This document shows, in pieces, positions 40,868-51,498 of a DNA stretch of 64,000 bases. The DNA is from Promethearchaeia archaeon (GTDB lineage Archaea; Asgardarchaeota; Lokiarchaeia; Sigyniarchaeales; SOKP01): NCBI GenBank assembly GCA_029856105.1, contig JAHQWH010000189.1, positions 1 to 64,000 of the forward strand. The letters are read 5' to 3'. Numbering within the stretch: the first letter of the stretch is position 1; each line of letters starts with the position of its first letter. The notes under the pieces are model-generated. The model did no database searches and was not told the origin of the DNA. It worked only from the letters and a program-made list of their open reading frames with translations. The translations under genes were made by a program, and so were the position numbers.

Positions 40868-42049
40868 TTAATAGTAATTAAAAGATCCAAATTCTGATTT
40901 TATTTCTAGTTGGTTTTTGTTCTTATGAGACGATTTTTCACATTGCCCGATGATTTTTGATTCGATGTTGTATTTTTTAGCAATATCCATAATTTCTTTA
41001 GCAATTGACTCATCACAACAAATTTCCATTCTATGACCCATATTAAACACTTGATACATTTCTTTCCATAAAGTTTCTGAAGATTTTTTTATAATTTCAA
41101 ATATTTTGGGAATTTTAAAAAGATTATTTTTAAGATAAGTCATACCTTTACCAAAATTGAGAATTTTCGTCTGGCCCCCTCCCGTGTTATGTATTATTCC
41201 GTGAATTTCCTCTCGATATTTTTTTAGTACATCCAACAATAATGGAGCATAAGTTCTAGTCGGAGACAATAAAGCTTCTCCTACAGTCAAACTCAATCCT
41301 TTGATCTTATCGGTAAGTTGATAATTCCCAAAAAAGATAAATTGTTCATCAAGGTTTTGATCATAACATTCAGGGAATTTGTTATAATATGCATGAGATA
41401 GAACTCCATGTCTGGCTAAAGTCAATCCGTTACTTCCTATTCCGCTATTAAATTCGTCTTCATACGATGCTTTTCCATCACTAGCGAATCCAACTATCAC
41501 ATCTCCTGCCTTGATGTTTTCAGCATTAATAATATCTTCTCTTTTCATACTGGCAAAAACTGAGGCATCAATTAGTAGAGTTTTTACAATATCTCCTACA
41601 TCAGCAGTTTCGCCTCCGCACATTACGACATTTAGACCAAATTCAGACAGCTTTTCGCTATATGTAAAATATTCTTTAATTATTGTACTAATAACTTCGC
41701 CCGAGATAAACCGTTTATTTCGACCGATATTATTAGATATAAAAAAATTACCAGTAGCTCCAACGCACAACATATCATCAATATTCATAACAATAGCGTC
41801 TCTTACAATCCCCCTAAAAACAGATATTTTGTCCGTTTCTTTATAATACATATAAGCTAGGCTTGCTTTTGTTCCTGCTCCATCTGAATGAAATATTGAA
41901 CAATAATCATCCCTCATACCTACATCTTGTACTATTTTACAAAATGCTCCGGGGAATAATCCTTTATCAATCGATTGGATTGCTTTATGAACATCTTCCT
42001 TTTTTGAGGAAACCCCTAATTGAGAATATATATCTTTTTCGTCAGACAT
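40868..42049 (-). CDS. purM: AIR synthase (long PurM variant)
   Basis: DGAGTK, MNIDD, GGETAD, SNGLT, HNTGGG, VFNMG. Confidence 0.88.
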   Translation of the reverse strand: MSDEKDIYSQLGVSSKKEDVHKAIQSIDKGLFPGAFCKIVQDVGMRDDYCSIFHSDGAGTKASLAYMYYKETDKISVFRGIVRDAIVMNIDDMLCVGATGNFFISNNIGRNKRFISGEVISTIIKEYFTYSEKLSEFGLNVVMCGGETADVGDIVKTLLIDASVFASMKREDIINAENIKAGDVIVGFASDGKASYEDEFNSGIGSNGLTLARHGVLSHAYYNKFPECYDQNLDEQFIFFGNYQLTDKIKGLSLTVGEALLSPTRTYAPLLLDVLKKYREEIHGIIHNTGGGQTKILNFGKGMTYLKNNLFKIPKIFEIIKKSSETLWKEMYQVFNMGHRMEICCDESIAKEIMDIAKKYNIESKIIGQCEKSSHKNKNQLEIKSEFGSFNYY

Positions 42050-42051
42050 TT

Positions 42052-43410
42052 TTACAAATTATGTTTATTTTTCAGAAATTTTAATAAATTTTCTAAAAGC
42101 TCAAGAGATTTTCCTATGTAGTTATGTGGATTTAATAAATCATCAATTTCATCTTTTGTAAAACTTTCCGTTATATTTCCATTTTCTAATAAGATTTCTT
42201 TAATAAAACGATTTTCTTTTTTTGCTTTTATTGCTGCTTTTCTTAAAATTTCATGCCCTTCTTGTCTTCCGATACCTTTTTCAACTAAATTCAACATGAT
42301 TTTTTCAGATAAACAAGCTCCCTTGGTAAGATTTAAATTTTCTTCTATTCTTTCCTCATCAAATTCAACTTCTTGGATAATACTTGTTAATTGTATTATC
42401 ATAAAATCTAACAGTATGAAATTTTCAGCAAAAATTATCCTTTCGTTAGCAGAATTCGTTAAATCTCTTTCATCTTCTAATATAATATTATCTAAAGCGG
42501 GTATAATATTGGATTTTAAAACCCTAGCTAAACTACAAATTCGTTCAGATTTATGGGGATTTCTCTTATGAGGCATCGTCGAGCTTCCTACTTGGGTCTT
42601 TTTGAAAGGTTCAAACATCTCAGCGATTTCATTTCTTTGGAGCACTCGAAATTGCCTTGCGACTTTAGCTAGTGATTGTCCGATCAACGCTGTTAAAAAG
42701 AGAACTTCAGCGTGACGATCTCTCTGAATTATTTGGTTCGCGATTAAAGCTGGATATAATCCAAGCTCTTTCGTTATGAAATTCTGAATTTCAATACCTT
42801 TCTCTCCGAAACTCGCCATATTTCCTACGGCACCCGACATTTTACCATATGATATCCGATTTAGAGTTTCTTTTAACCTATCTAAATGTCTATCTATTTC
42901 ATATGCCCACACGCCGAATCTCATCCCATATGTAGTTGGAATAGCGTGTTGTCCGTGAGTTCTTCCTATACAAACAAGCGATTTCTTATCTTGTATAACT
43001 TTTATTAGTTCTATTAATAGCTTTTTTAAAGAATTAGTGATATATGTTATAGCTTCTTTTAACTGTAATCCTGTTGCTGTATCTTCAATATCGTAACTTG
43101 TTGCCCCCAAATGGATGTATTTTCCAGCATTTCCTTCACATTGTTCTGATAAAGCCTTAACCATAGCCATTAAATCGTGATGAATTTCATTATCAATCTC
43201 TTTTACCCGATTTAATTTAACATAATTCAAATTAGCTTTCTTACATATCTCTTCTGCGGACTCTTGAGGAATATTGCCCCATTTAGCATGTGCTTTTGCT
43301 AATACTGCCTCAACTTTTAACCAATTCTCTAATTTTTTTTCTTCTGTAAAAATTTCAGCTATTTTAGTTCGATAACGAGTTTCAACTGGATTAATAAATT
43401 TATGATCCAT
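42052..43410 (-). CDS. purB: Adenylosuccinate lyase
   Basis: HLGATS, GRTHGQHA, GSSTMPHKRNP. Confidence 0.96.
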   Translation of the reverse strand: MDHKFINPVETRYRTKIAEIFTEEKKLENWLKVEAVLAKAHAKWGNIPQESAEEICKKANLNYVKLNRVKEIDNEIHHDLMAMVKALSEQCEGNAGKYIHLGATSYDIEDTATGLQLKEAITYITNSLKKLLIELIKVIQDKKSLVCIGRTHGQHAIPTTYGMRFGVWAYEIDRHLDRLKETLNRISYGKMSGAVGNMASFGEKGIEIQNFITKELGLYPALIANQIIQRDRHAEVLFLTALIGQSLAKVARQFRVLQRNEIAEMFEPFKKTQVGSSTMPHKRNPHKSERICSLARVLKSNIIPALDNIILEDERDLTNSANERIIFAENFILLDFMIIQLTSIIQEVEFDEERIEENLNLTKGACLSEKIMLNLVEKGIGRQEGHEILRKAAIKAKKENRFIKEILLENGNITESFTKDEIDDLLNPHNYIGKSLELLENLLKFLKNKHNL

Positions 43411-43538
43411 GGCTAACTAACTTATTGATCTTTTATTTCTATAATAGAAATAATCTATGATCAATTATTATTCTTTTTTTAAATTTCTATTAAAAAGCGA
43501 ATATCTACGAAAATTTAAAAAGTTTTAAAAATAAGATT

Positions 43539-44267
43539 TTAGTTCTGATGACCTGTTCTCCTAGCGGCTATTTGTCCCACCTTTCTACCCGGAGGGGCAT
43601 TTCTCGAGGTTGTTGTTGGTTTATGAGGACTTTGTTTTGCGCCACCTCCGTAGGGGTGACTTGCTGCGTTCATCGTGACTCCGCGAACAACCGGCCATTT
43701 TATAGCTTTAGATCGTACATAATGGTGTTTATTACCGGCTTTTAAAAAAGGTTTATCGGTTCTTCCGCCACCAGCAACAACTCCAACTGTACAAAGGCAA
43801 TTTTCATTAAACCATTTAGTTTTTTTTGATCGAAATAGCACTTCAATGTTTTTACCCGATTTATTTCTTACAATGGCGCCTACTCCAGATGCTCGCGCAA
43901 ATTTCCCACCATCTTGCGGAGTTCCCTCAATATTAAATACAAGAGTCCCTAAAGGGATTTTTTTCACGGGTAAGATATTTCCTACTTTCACTTCTTGGCC
44001 ATATCCCGTTTTAGACTGAATAAATTCTTGTCCTTCATAAATTCCTTCTGGAGGTAACCATAAACTTTTTTCCCCATCTTCGTAACTAATTCTAGCTACT
44101 GGGGCCCCTCTACCTGGAGCGTGAACGAATTCAATCACTTTAAATTTTAATAATTTTTCATTCTTTTTGAAGGGACGATACTTTACCATTCCTACATGTC
44201 GGTGACTTGGAGATCGAGCCCATAAATGGCCGTATCCTTTTCTTTGAGCTAAAATTCGCTTTCCCAT
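43539..44267 (-). CDS. rpl2: 50S ribosomal protein L2 (uL2)
   Basis: MGKRILAQRKG, WPVVRGVTMN, HPYGGG, PPGRKVG. Confidence 0.97.
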   Translation of the reverse strand: MGKRILAQRKGYGHLWARSPSHRHVGMVKYRPFKKNEKLLKFKVIEFVHAPGRGAPVARISYEDGEKSLWLPPEGIYEGQEFIQSKTGYGQEVKVGNILPVKKIPLGTLVFNIEGTPQDGGKFARASGVGAIVRNKSGKNIEVLFRSKKTKWFNENCLCTVGVVAGGGRTDKPFLKAGNKHHYVRSKAIKWPVVRGVTMNAASHPYGGGAKQSPHKPTTTSRNAPPGRKVGQIAARRTGHQN

Positions 44268-44374
44268 AAAGATCACTTACTATCGAATTAGTAATATCTA
44301 ATTAATAAAAGTTTAAATTTTTTATTATTTTAGTTAGAATTTATTTAATTTTAAGATAAAACAAGAGAAACAAA

Positions 44375-45733
44375 TTATAATTTTTTATTTTTTAATAACT
44401 CGTCTATATTATAATTGAAAGCGATTGGAACTTCTCTATCGATAAACTCTCCAGCAATGTTAGTTAACAACAGTTCTTTGATTTCTCTTAGATCGTTTGT
44501 TTGGCCTAGTACCCAACCTAATTTAACGTACCCAACTTCTGGTAAGAGGTTCCTACCTGGAATAACGCCTAAATGTTGTAATTCTCTCCCAGTGGAATAC
44601 ACATTCATCCCCACAAAACCATGTAAAGTTTGCGTGGTCATAAGAATAGTAATTCCTTCTTGAATAGCTCTTTCAATAGCTTTATAAACATAAGTGCTGA
44701 CATGTCCAAGCCCTGTTCCAGCAAATACTATACCTTTATAACCTTTATCTATATAAAATTCAATTTGTTCATTTTCCATTCCGGGATAAGAATAAATGAG
44801 AGCTACTTTCTTCTCAAAATTCGTATTGATAGTAGTTTCAGATTGACTTCGTTTTCTGTAATTATTTTTAAATGTTTTAATCTTCCTGTCCCTTACCATT
44901 CCTAATGGAATATCATCAATAGTACGAAAAGTATCTCTTACTGAGGAATGCATTTTTCTTACTATTGTTCCTCTATGAATTAATCCATAATCATGTGAAG
45001 GAGAACCTAGCATAGTTACTACAACCTCAGCTATATCAGAAGTAGCTACAATAGCAGCGTTTATCAGGTTTAAAGCAGCATCAGAAGAAGGGCGATCGGA
45101 GCTTCTTTGACTCCCTGTTAACACAACTGGAATAGCCAAATCTTTTAACATGAATGATAAAGCGGCGCTAGTGAATGTCATTGTATCTGTTCCATGGCCT
45201 ATAATTACTCCATCAAAACCAGAATCTACGGCTTGTTTAACTTTTTCTGCTAATTTTTGCCAATATTCAAATTTCATATTTTCTGATAATATCTCAAAAA
45301 CAATTTCGCAATCAAGATTACAAATTTCGGCCAATTCAGGAACGGAACTAAATAACTCACTTGGGGTAAAAGAAGGTATAACCGCCCCAGTCGTATAATC
45401 TAATCTTGAAGCAACCGTTCCTCCAGTTCCTAATAATTGAAGCTTAGGCAAATCTTTATTGTAAGGAAATTCTTTTTCTGGAAATTTGTAATTAGCTTCT
45501 CTTTTTCCAATTTTTTTTATATTTTGTATCTCAGAGACATTTATTCCAACATTATAGTTGTTTTCTAACTTGATTTCTATAAAATCAGGAGCAGAATATT
45601 CGCTTCTTGGCATTACTATTCCTTCCAATTGTGTTTTATTTGTAGTGATTTGAATGATATCCCAGATCTCAATTGTATACTTCTTTAAAATATCTATAGA
45701 TTTGCCTTTATATCCTTTTAATTTATCTTCCAC
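44375..45733 (-). CDS. gatD: Glu-tRNA(Gln) amidotransferase subunit D
   Basis: TGGTVASR, HGTDT, GSQRSSDRPSSD, KMHSS. Confidence 0.96.
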   Translation of the reverse strand: MEDKLKGYKGKSIDILKKYTIEIWDIIQITTNKTQLEGIVMPRSEYSAPDFIEIKLENNYNVGINVSEIQNIKKIGKREANYKFPEKEFPYNKDLPKLQLLGTGGTVASRLDYTTGAVIPSFTPSELFSSVPELAEICNLDCEIVFEILSENMKFEYWQKLAEKVKQAVDSGFDGVIIGHGTDTMTFTSAALSFMLKDLAIPVVLTGSQRSSDRPSSDAALNLINAAIVATSDIAEVVVTMLGSPSHDYGLIHRGTIVRKMHSSVRDTFRTIDDIPLGMVRDRKIKTFKNNYRKRSQSETTINTNFEKKVALIYSYPGMENEQIEFYIDKGYKGIVFAGTGLGHVSTYVYKAIERAIQEGITILMTTQTLHGFVGMNVYSTGRELQHLGVIPGRNLLPEVGYVKLGWVLGQTNDLREIKELLLTNIAGEFIDREVPIAFNYNIDELLKNKKL

Positions 45734-47653
45734 TTATTTCATCTCCTTTAATTTGTTTGATATCTGTATCTTCAATTCTTTAGAAACGATCTCACCATCT
45801 ATTTTTCCCCGTACTTTTTTCATCACTTCTCCCATTAGTGGTCCCATGGATCTCATTCCTCTTTCTTTAATGATTTTTAAGTTTTTATTTACTATTTCAT
45901 TAATTATTATTTTTAAATCTTCAAATGAAAGAGCTTCAAGATGTAGTTTCTCGATTGATTGTTCGATAGTGAGGTTTGGAGAATCTGCTTTTAATCTCAT
46001 TATATCTTCGATAGCTTCCTTTCCAATTTTTTTATTTTTCAATTCTAGGAAAATTTTTTTATAATCGTCATTAGTTATATTTTCTATTATTTTTCCTTCC
46101 CGCTTAATTGCTTTTGCTGTGTTTAATAATGTTGTTATGATTATTGAAGGTTTCGCAGGGTAAATATCTATTAAGCTGTCAAATAGAGATAACTTCCCTT
46201 TAAAAATTAATTTTTTAATGGAACTCTGTTCAACTTTGTACATTTTAGCATAATCTTCAATTATATCCCAAGGATAATTAGGTAAAGTCTTTTGAATTTG
46301 TTCAGTTACTTCTATTGTATTCATTATTGCTTGTGAATCTGTATCAGGATATAACCGTGCTCCACCATGTAATTCTCTCAAGAATTCAGTATTTCCATTG
46401 TCAAGCGCTTTTCTTGTTTCAGGCGGAACACCTTTAAAAACATACTTTATCCGATTAATGATTATATCTGCTGCTTTTTTAAGTTCTTTAGTAGTTCCCA
46501 AAACTAAAACAAAGCAATCTTTTTCTTTTGAATTCAATTTATTTTGGATTTTTTTTATTTCGGCTTGTGAAAAATTATAATTCTCTAATTTTTCATCAGA
46601 ATGAATGATCCCCTTTAGGCCTGAAATAACTTTTACCTTACTACTTACTTCGGTACCGAATCTATAATCTTCCATTAGCACCTTTCCAAAAATACCTTTG
46701 AAACCTTTAAAATTTAAACCATAGAGTTTTTTTCCCGATTTTATACCAGTTGCAATGGACTTTGATCCAGTTTTTCCCAATAAACTAGTTAAATCTACGG
46801 GCTCCTGAGAGATGTCATTTTCACTTACTTTTCGATTTTTTAATTCTTCTCTAATCTCTATTAGGTTTAGTTGACGTGAAATTTCATGATTAACCAATAA
46901 GGGTATCCAACTCAATTTTTGAACTCCTTTAATTTCAATCCTGGTTCCAGATTTAATGCTTACATTAATATCTTGCCTGATCGAGCCAAGAACTTTTTTT
47001 ACATTAGTCATCCATAGTAACAATCCAATCCTTTCAGCACATTCTCTACATTCTTCAGGTGTGTTTATATCCGGTTGTGTTGTTACTTCTACTAATGGAA
47101 TTCCTTGGCGATCTAACCTGTAAAAATTAGTTTTATTTTCAGTTTTTATTTTCCTAGCGGCTTCTTCTTCTAAACTTAATATACCAATTCTGATTTTTTT
47201 ACCCTTCTTCAAAGTTATATATCCATCTGTTCCCAAAATCATTGTGCGCTGAAACCCAGAAGGGACGCTTCCATCAAGATAATTTTTCCTACTTACATGC
47301 ATCTCTTCAATAATATTTGCTTTAAGAAGTAAAGCTAATTTTAAGGCAATTTTTCTAGCTTCCTCATTACAGGAAAACGGTGGGGTATCGTCTAACTCGT
47401 AAGTACAAATTACGTCGTTGTAACCTTCATAAATGATAGTCTTACCCTTTTTATATTCTGTCAGCATGGCTTTATCAAATGTGCCCATTTCTCCCAAAAC
47501 GGGTCTCATATACCTCTTTGTGTAAAAATCGGGTACCCTAGTTCCTTGAAGTTTACTTGGGCATCTACAAAACAGTTTAGTTTCTGTATCAAGTTGTTGA
47601 TGAATTTCTAAGCCACATTTTAATCCTAATTCTTCATAATCGAAATTGTACAT
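45734..47653 (-). CDS. gatE: Glu-tRNA(Gln) amidotransferase subunit E
   Basis: GLEIHQQL, KLFC, RLDR.GIPL, IRQDINVSI, R.YPDTD. Confidence 0.96.
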   Translation of the reverse strand: MYNFDYEELGLKCGLEIHQQLDTETKLFCRCPSKLQGTRVPDFYTKRYMRPVLGEMGTFDKAMLTEYKKGKTIIYEGYNDVICTYELDDTPPFSCNEEARKIALKLALLLKANIIEEMHVSRKNYLDGSVPSGFQRTMILGTDGYITLKKGKKIRIGILSLEEEAARKIKTENKTNFYRLDRQGIPLVEVTTQPDINTPEECRECAERIGLLLWMTNVKKVLGSIRQDINVSIKSGTRIEIKGVQKLSWIPLLVNHEISRQLNLIEIREELKNRKVSENDISQEPVDLTSLLGKTGSKSIATGIKSGKKLYGLNFKGFKGIFGKVLMEDYRFGTEVSSKVKVISGLKGIIHSDEKLENYNFSQAEIKKIQNKLNSKEKDCFVLVLGTTKELKKAADIIINRIKYVFKGVPPETRKALDNGNTEFLRELHGGARLYPDTDSQAIMNTIEVTEQIQKTLPNYPWDIIEDYAKMYKVEQSSIKKLIFKGKLSLFDSLIDIYPAKPSIIITTLLNTAKAIKREGKIIENITNDDYKKIFLELKNKKIGKEAIEDIMRLKADSPNLTIEQSIEKLHLEALSFEDLKIIINEIVNKNLKIIKERGMRSMGPLMGEVMKKVRGKIDGEIVSKELKIQISNKLKEMK

Positions 47654-47825
47654 ATTAAATCATTTTAGAATAATATACTACTACTATAAACTGTTTAATT
47701 CATTTTATAATTTTAATATATTGTATGTAAATACATTAAGATAGGAAATCAAACTTATTTTTATTGCCCTTATGCAGCTGATAAAATGCTTATTTGTTAT
47801 AGTAAGACTTTAGTAGTGCAATTCT

Positions 47826-48045
47826 TTAGAATTTAGAATAGCAATATCGTGCTTTGATGTCATCTTGAACGGCTCTTGGTAGTTCTGTATACCTAGCACT
47901 GTAACCTGATACTCTAACCATCAAATCTTTGAATATATCTGGATATTTTTAAGCGTTTCTAGAGAAATTGAGTTAAATTGTAAATGAGAACCATTTAATT
48001 TTACATATGTTCTTAATATTGATTCGAAAATCTTTCCATGGTTTA
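47826..48045 (-). pseudogene. Frameshifted remnant of a glycyl-radical enzyme C-terminal domain
   Basis: Frame A reads HGKIFESILRTYVKLNGSHLQFNSISLETLK. Frame B reads KYPDIFKDLMVRVSGYSARYTELPRAVQDDIKARY. No ATG start found. Confidence 0.8.
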
Positions 48046-48237
48046 ATAAATCACAGATAATTACGATAATAATTTGATAAATTAATTAAGATTTAATTTT
48101 ATTTCTTTTAAATCTTTAATTATTATATTAAATAACTCGAATTAATGCTATTACAAAATAAATTAAGCGCAAATGTAAAAGAAAAACCAAATTATGATAA
48201 ACGAATAAAAAGGAATTTAGTTAATCACGATGTATAA

Positions 48238-49311
48238 TTATTCTAAATAAAATTTTTCATCAATGTTTGAAATTGTTGAATGTTGCGATAGGAAATTTAA
48301 TAAAAACTCTCTATCTTCGTTATTTTTTTGTTTTGAGAGTCTAATAACGAAACTTAATTCTTCTTCACTTTCTATATCTATCCAATGTAATCTCTCAAAA
48401 TATTTCAGAATGTTTAAAATAAAGTTAGAATCTTTTGAATGGTTTTCCACTTCTTTTATAATTAGGTTAAACCATTTGTTTTTAACTTTATTATCTTTAA
48501 AGCCAATAAAAACGCCCTTATCCTTCGCCATTTTCATCCACAGGTAAAAATCCTCATTGTTAATTATTTTATAATAATTTGTCAAAAATGATAAGTTATG
48601 TTCTATAAGCTTAAATCGTTCCCTTCGAGCTATATCTTTTTGAAAAAGTAAATCTGTTGCTATCATATCGAATCTGCAATATAAATCTGTTTCAGAAAAG
48701 GTCATATCTGTTATTTTGACGCCTAAAATAGCTAGTAAAGCCGCGTTAAATTTGCAATTCTCGAAAAACAAATTTCTATAGGCTCCAATATATTCAAAAA
48801 CACCTTTAGCGTATTTAGAATTTTCCTCTGAAAAAATATCTATTCTTATTTCTTTTGTTAATTTATTCTTTAAATAGAATTTTTTAGCTCTCTCGAACCT
48901 TTCCTTTAACTCTCGATAGTCAAATGGTTTTAAACCACCTGTAAAATACTTTCTAATTCCGAACAAAAATCGAGGAAATTCATGAAAAGTAAAGTTTGTG
49001 TATCTATTCGATTTTAAAATGAACTCGTAAAATGGAATGATTCCCTTGAATGTAAACTGATCGAAAAAATCTTTAGTTTCCTCGTCAATAAATCTTTTAA
49101 AATCATCTAAAGATTTTCCACTTTTAAAACTTTCCATGGTTTGTTCCATAACATAGTTATAAAAAGCCGATACGCTTTTAAATCTCTTGTCATCGGGATT
49201 TTTTCTTTGATTCACTTTAACGTATCTTTCTATCCACTCCTTAAGCGCAGGGGATAAAGATATCGTTTGTTGAGCTGTTTTTTTATTAGATAGATATTTT
49301 TTATTAGTCAT
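48238..49311 (-). CDS. Hypothetical protein with N-terminal ribbon-helix-helix-like segment
   Basis: QTISLSPALKEWIERYV...SVSAF resembles RHH. The rest is unrecognised. Confidence 0.65.
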   Translation of the reverse strand: MTNKKYLSNKKTAQQTISLSPALKEWIERYVKVNQRKNPDDKRFKSVSAFYNYVMEQTMESFKSGKSLDDFKRFIDEETKDFFDQFTFKGIIPFYEFILKSNRYTNFTFHEFPRFLFGIRKYFTGGLKPFDYRELKERFERAKKFYLKNKLTKEIRIDIFSEENSKYAKGVFEYIGAYRNLFFENCKFNAALLAILGVKITDMTFSETDLYCRFDMIATDLLFQKDIARRERFKLIEHNLSFLTNYYKIINNEDFYLWMKMAKDKGVFIGFKDNKVKNKWFNLIIKEVENHSKDSNFILNILKYFERLHWIDIESEEELSFVIRLSKQKNNEDREFLLNFLSQHSTISNIDEKFYLE

Positions 49312-49829
49312 TTATCTAACCCTTTTTAGATAATATTATGCATAAATTTCATTATATATTAATTTATAAAAATGTCAAAGTATTTAAAATTTAAGTAGAA
49401 ATTATTGTTTGATTTAATTTTTTTGAAGGTACATTTCTGCCACATATAGAGCAAAAATCTGAATTTTCAACTTAATAGATATAAAATTACAAAAACGAAA
49501 GTTCTTTTTAAATTTATATTTAAAATATTAATCAGTTTTATTTATAATACAATACATCTAAGTTATTAATAGGTTTAAATCATTGATTTTTTCAACAAGA
49601 CCAATTTCAATCAATATTTTTGAATTTTTGATCAAAAAATTTTAAGTAGTACCTTTTATAAAGAGAAAAGCAATAATCTAAATGAACATAACTCTGAAAA
49701 AAAAAAGCTTTTAATTTATTAAAAGGGAGACTCCTGTCAAAAAGACCAAACATAGGGTTAGGAGGATTATTAGGATTTAGCTTATCCAGGGCGAAATCTT
49801 AACACTCTTAAGTATAGTTAAATTTATTA

Positions 49830-51458
49830 TTATAATTTCTTTGAGACATAGTATCCATCAAGCTTATAACCCATTTTATAAAACCAATCCCTCGCTCCAA
49901 TACCACTTATTACGGCTAACTTTTTAGAGTAATAATCTTCAACAGCAATTTTTTCAGCGTTTTCCATTAACAATTTCCCATAACCTCGATGCTGAAGCTG
50001 GGTGTTATTACGTGGTTTTGCATCTTTAGCAACTAATTCACCTACTACTCTAACTTCTCTTATAATCATTGTTTTGCCATCCCTCAACTCAGGTCTATGA
50101 GCAAATTCAGAAGGTTTTCTCAATCTCAAATAACCTACCAAATAACCTTCCTCTTTGTTTTCATAAGAAAGAAAGGTTTCTTGTCCTAGAGATGCCTTAT
50201 AATCTAAACGATTTAATTTTATATTATTAAAAAAACCTTCTTCGACATTTTTTTCTCTTTTTATTATCCCATATTCTCGGCATCTAATACAATTACAATG
50301 GATATCAAGCTCTTTTAATCTCTTATTAACAAGTTGCCTTAAATTACTTTTATTACATCCAGCCTCAATTAAAAACGCTGGTATATCCCTCATGATTCGC
50401 TGGATTCTAACATAAGGAGGAAGATGTTGTTTTATTTTTGCGATTAAATTAATCAACTCATCTAATGAGTACGGTGTATATCTACCATCCTTCCACCAAT
50501 CATACAATTTAGTTCCTTTAATTACCAAACAGGGGTAGATTTTTAACATATCAGGACGATATTCTGGATGAGAAAATAGAATATCAAATGATTCAAGATC
50601 TTTAGCAAAGTTAGATCCTGGTAAATTAGGCATCATATGGGCATTTATTTTTAAACCTGCATCCTTAGCAATCCTAATAGCATCTATACTATCTTGAGTT
50701 GTATGACCTCGGTTATTTTTTTTATAAATTTCATCAAATACTGTCTGAATTCCAATTTCTACTCTAGTAGCCCCATAATTTAGCATCCTATCAACATATG
50801 GCTCTGTGCAATAATCAGGTCGGGTTTCAATTGTTAAACCTATTAATCTTCTTTTTGATTTTTCTGACAATCTTTTTACTTCTTCTAATGTTTTAACTCT
50901 CTTTTCAAGAATTCCTTCATATGCCCCTTTAATGAACTCTTCTTGATAAATAATAGCAGAGGATAAGAATGTTCCCCCCATTACGATTAATTCGATTTTA
51001 TCAACCGTATGACCTATCGCTTCTAAATCCTCAATTCTACTTTTAACTTGTCTGTAAGCATCATAATTATTGTGAATAGATCTCATCGCAGCCGGTTCTT
51101 GACCAGTATACGATTGAGCTACTTTTTGACCTGGTTGGGAATCTTGACCAGGGCAATAAATACATGTTCCAGGACATGGGAGCGGTTTCGTCATAATAGC
51201 TATAACGGATATCCCCGATAGTGTTCGTGTAGTTCGTCTTCTTAATAATTGAGTTAAAATTTGTTTTTCTTCTTCTGTTGAATAGCTTAGTATTGTTGCA
51301 TTCTTTAATACTTCATTAAAATTAAATTCTTTAGCATATTTTCCCTTAATATTAGTAATCTTTTCGCGAGGTGTATTTGGATGCTTCAGGAGATAATTAA
51401 TTATAGCAAGAGCGATCTTTTTAATTTTCTCATTATTAATAGATTCAGATGATTCCAT
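49830..51458 (-). CDS. elp3: Elp3 tRNA uridine(34) acetyltransferase (radical SAM + GNAT)
   Basis: CPGTCIYCPG, QSYTG.EP, ETRPD, KIYP, CIRCRE, QHRGYG, ISGIGAR. Confidence 0.96.
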   Translation of the reverse strand: MESSESINNEKIKKIALAIINYLLKHPNTPREKITNIKGKYAKEFNFNEVLKNATILSYSTEEEKQILTQLLRRRTTRTLSGISVIAIMTKPLPCPGTCIYCPGQDSQPGQKVAQSYTGQEPAAMRSIHNNYDAYRQVKSRIEDLEAIGHTVDKIELIVMGGTFLSSAIIYQEEFIKGAYEGILEKRVKTLEEVKRLSEKSKRRLIGLTIETRPDYCTEPYVDRMLNYGATRVEIGIQTVFDEIYKKNNRGHTTQDSIDAIRIAKDAGLKINAHMMPNLPGSNFAKDLESFDILFSHPEYRPDMLKIYPCLVIKGTKLYDWWKDGRYTPYSLDELINLIAKIKQHLPPYVRIQRIMRDIPAFLIEAGCNKSNLRQLVNKRLKELDIHCNCIRCREYGIIKREKNVEEGFFNNIKLNRLDYKASLGQETFLSYENKEEGYLVGYLRLRKPSEFAHRPELRDGKTMIIREVRVVGELVAKDAKPRNNTQLQHRGYGKLLMENAEKIAVEDYYSKKLAVISGIGARDWFYKMGYKLDGYYVSKKL

Positions 51459-51498
51459 TCACATCAAATTTGTATAAAATAATAAGGATATCTATATG

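Noticed and set aside
49720-49810. GC-richer patch downstream of elp3 as a riboswitch or ncRNA (CTTATCCAG resembles a SAM-I start)
   Set aside because: The remaining SAM-I core is missing and only short, weak stems are present.
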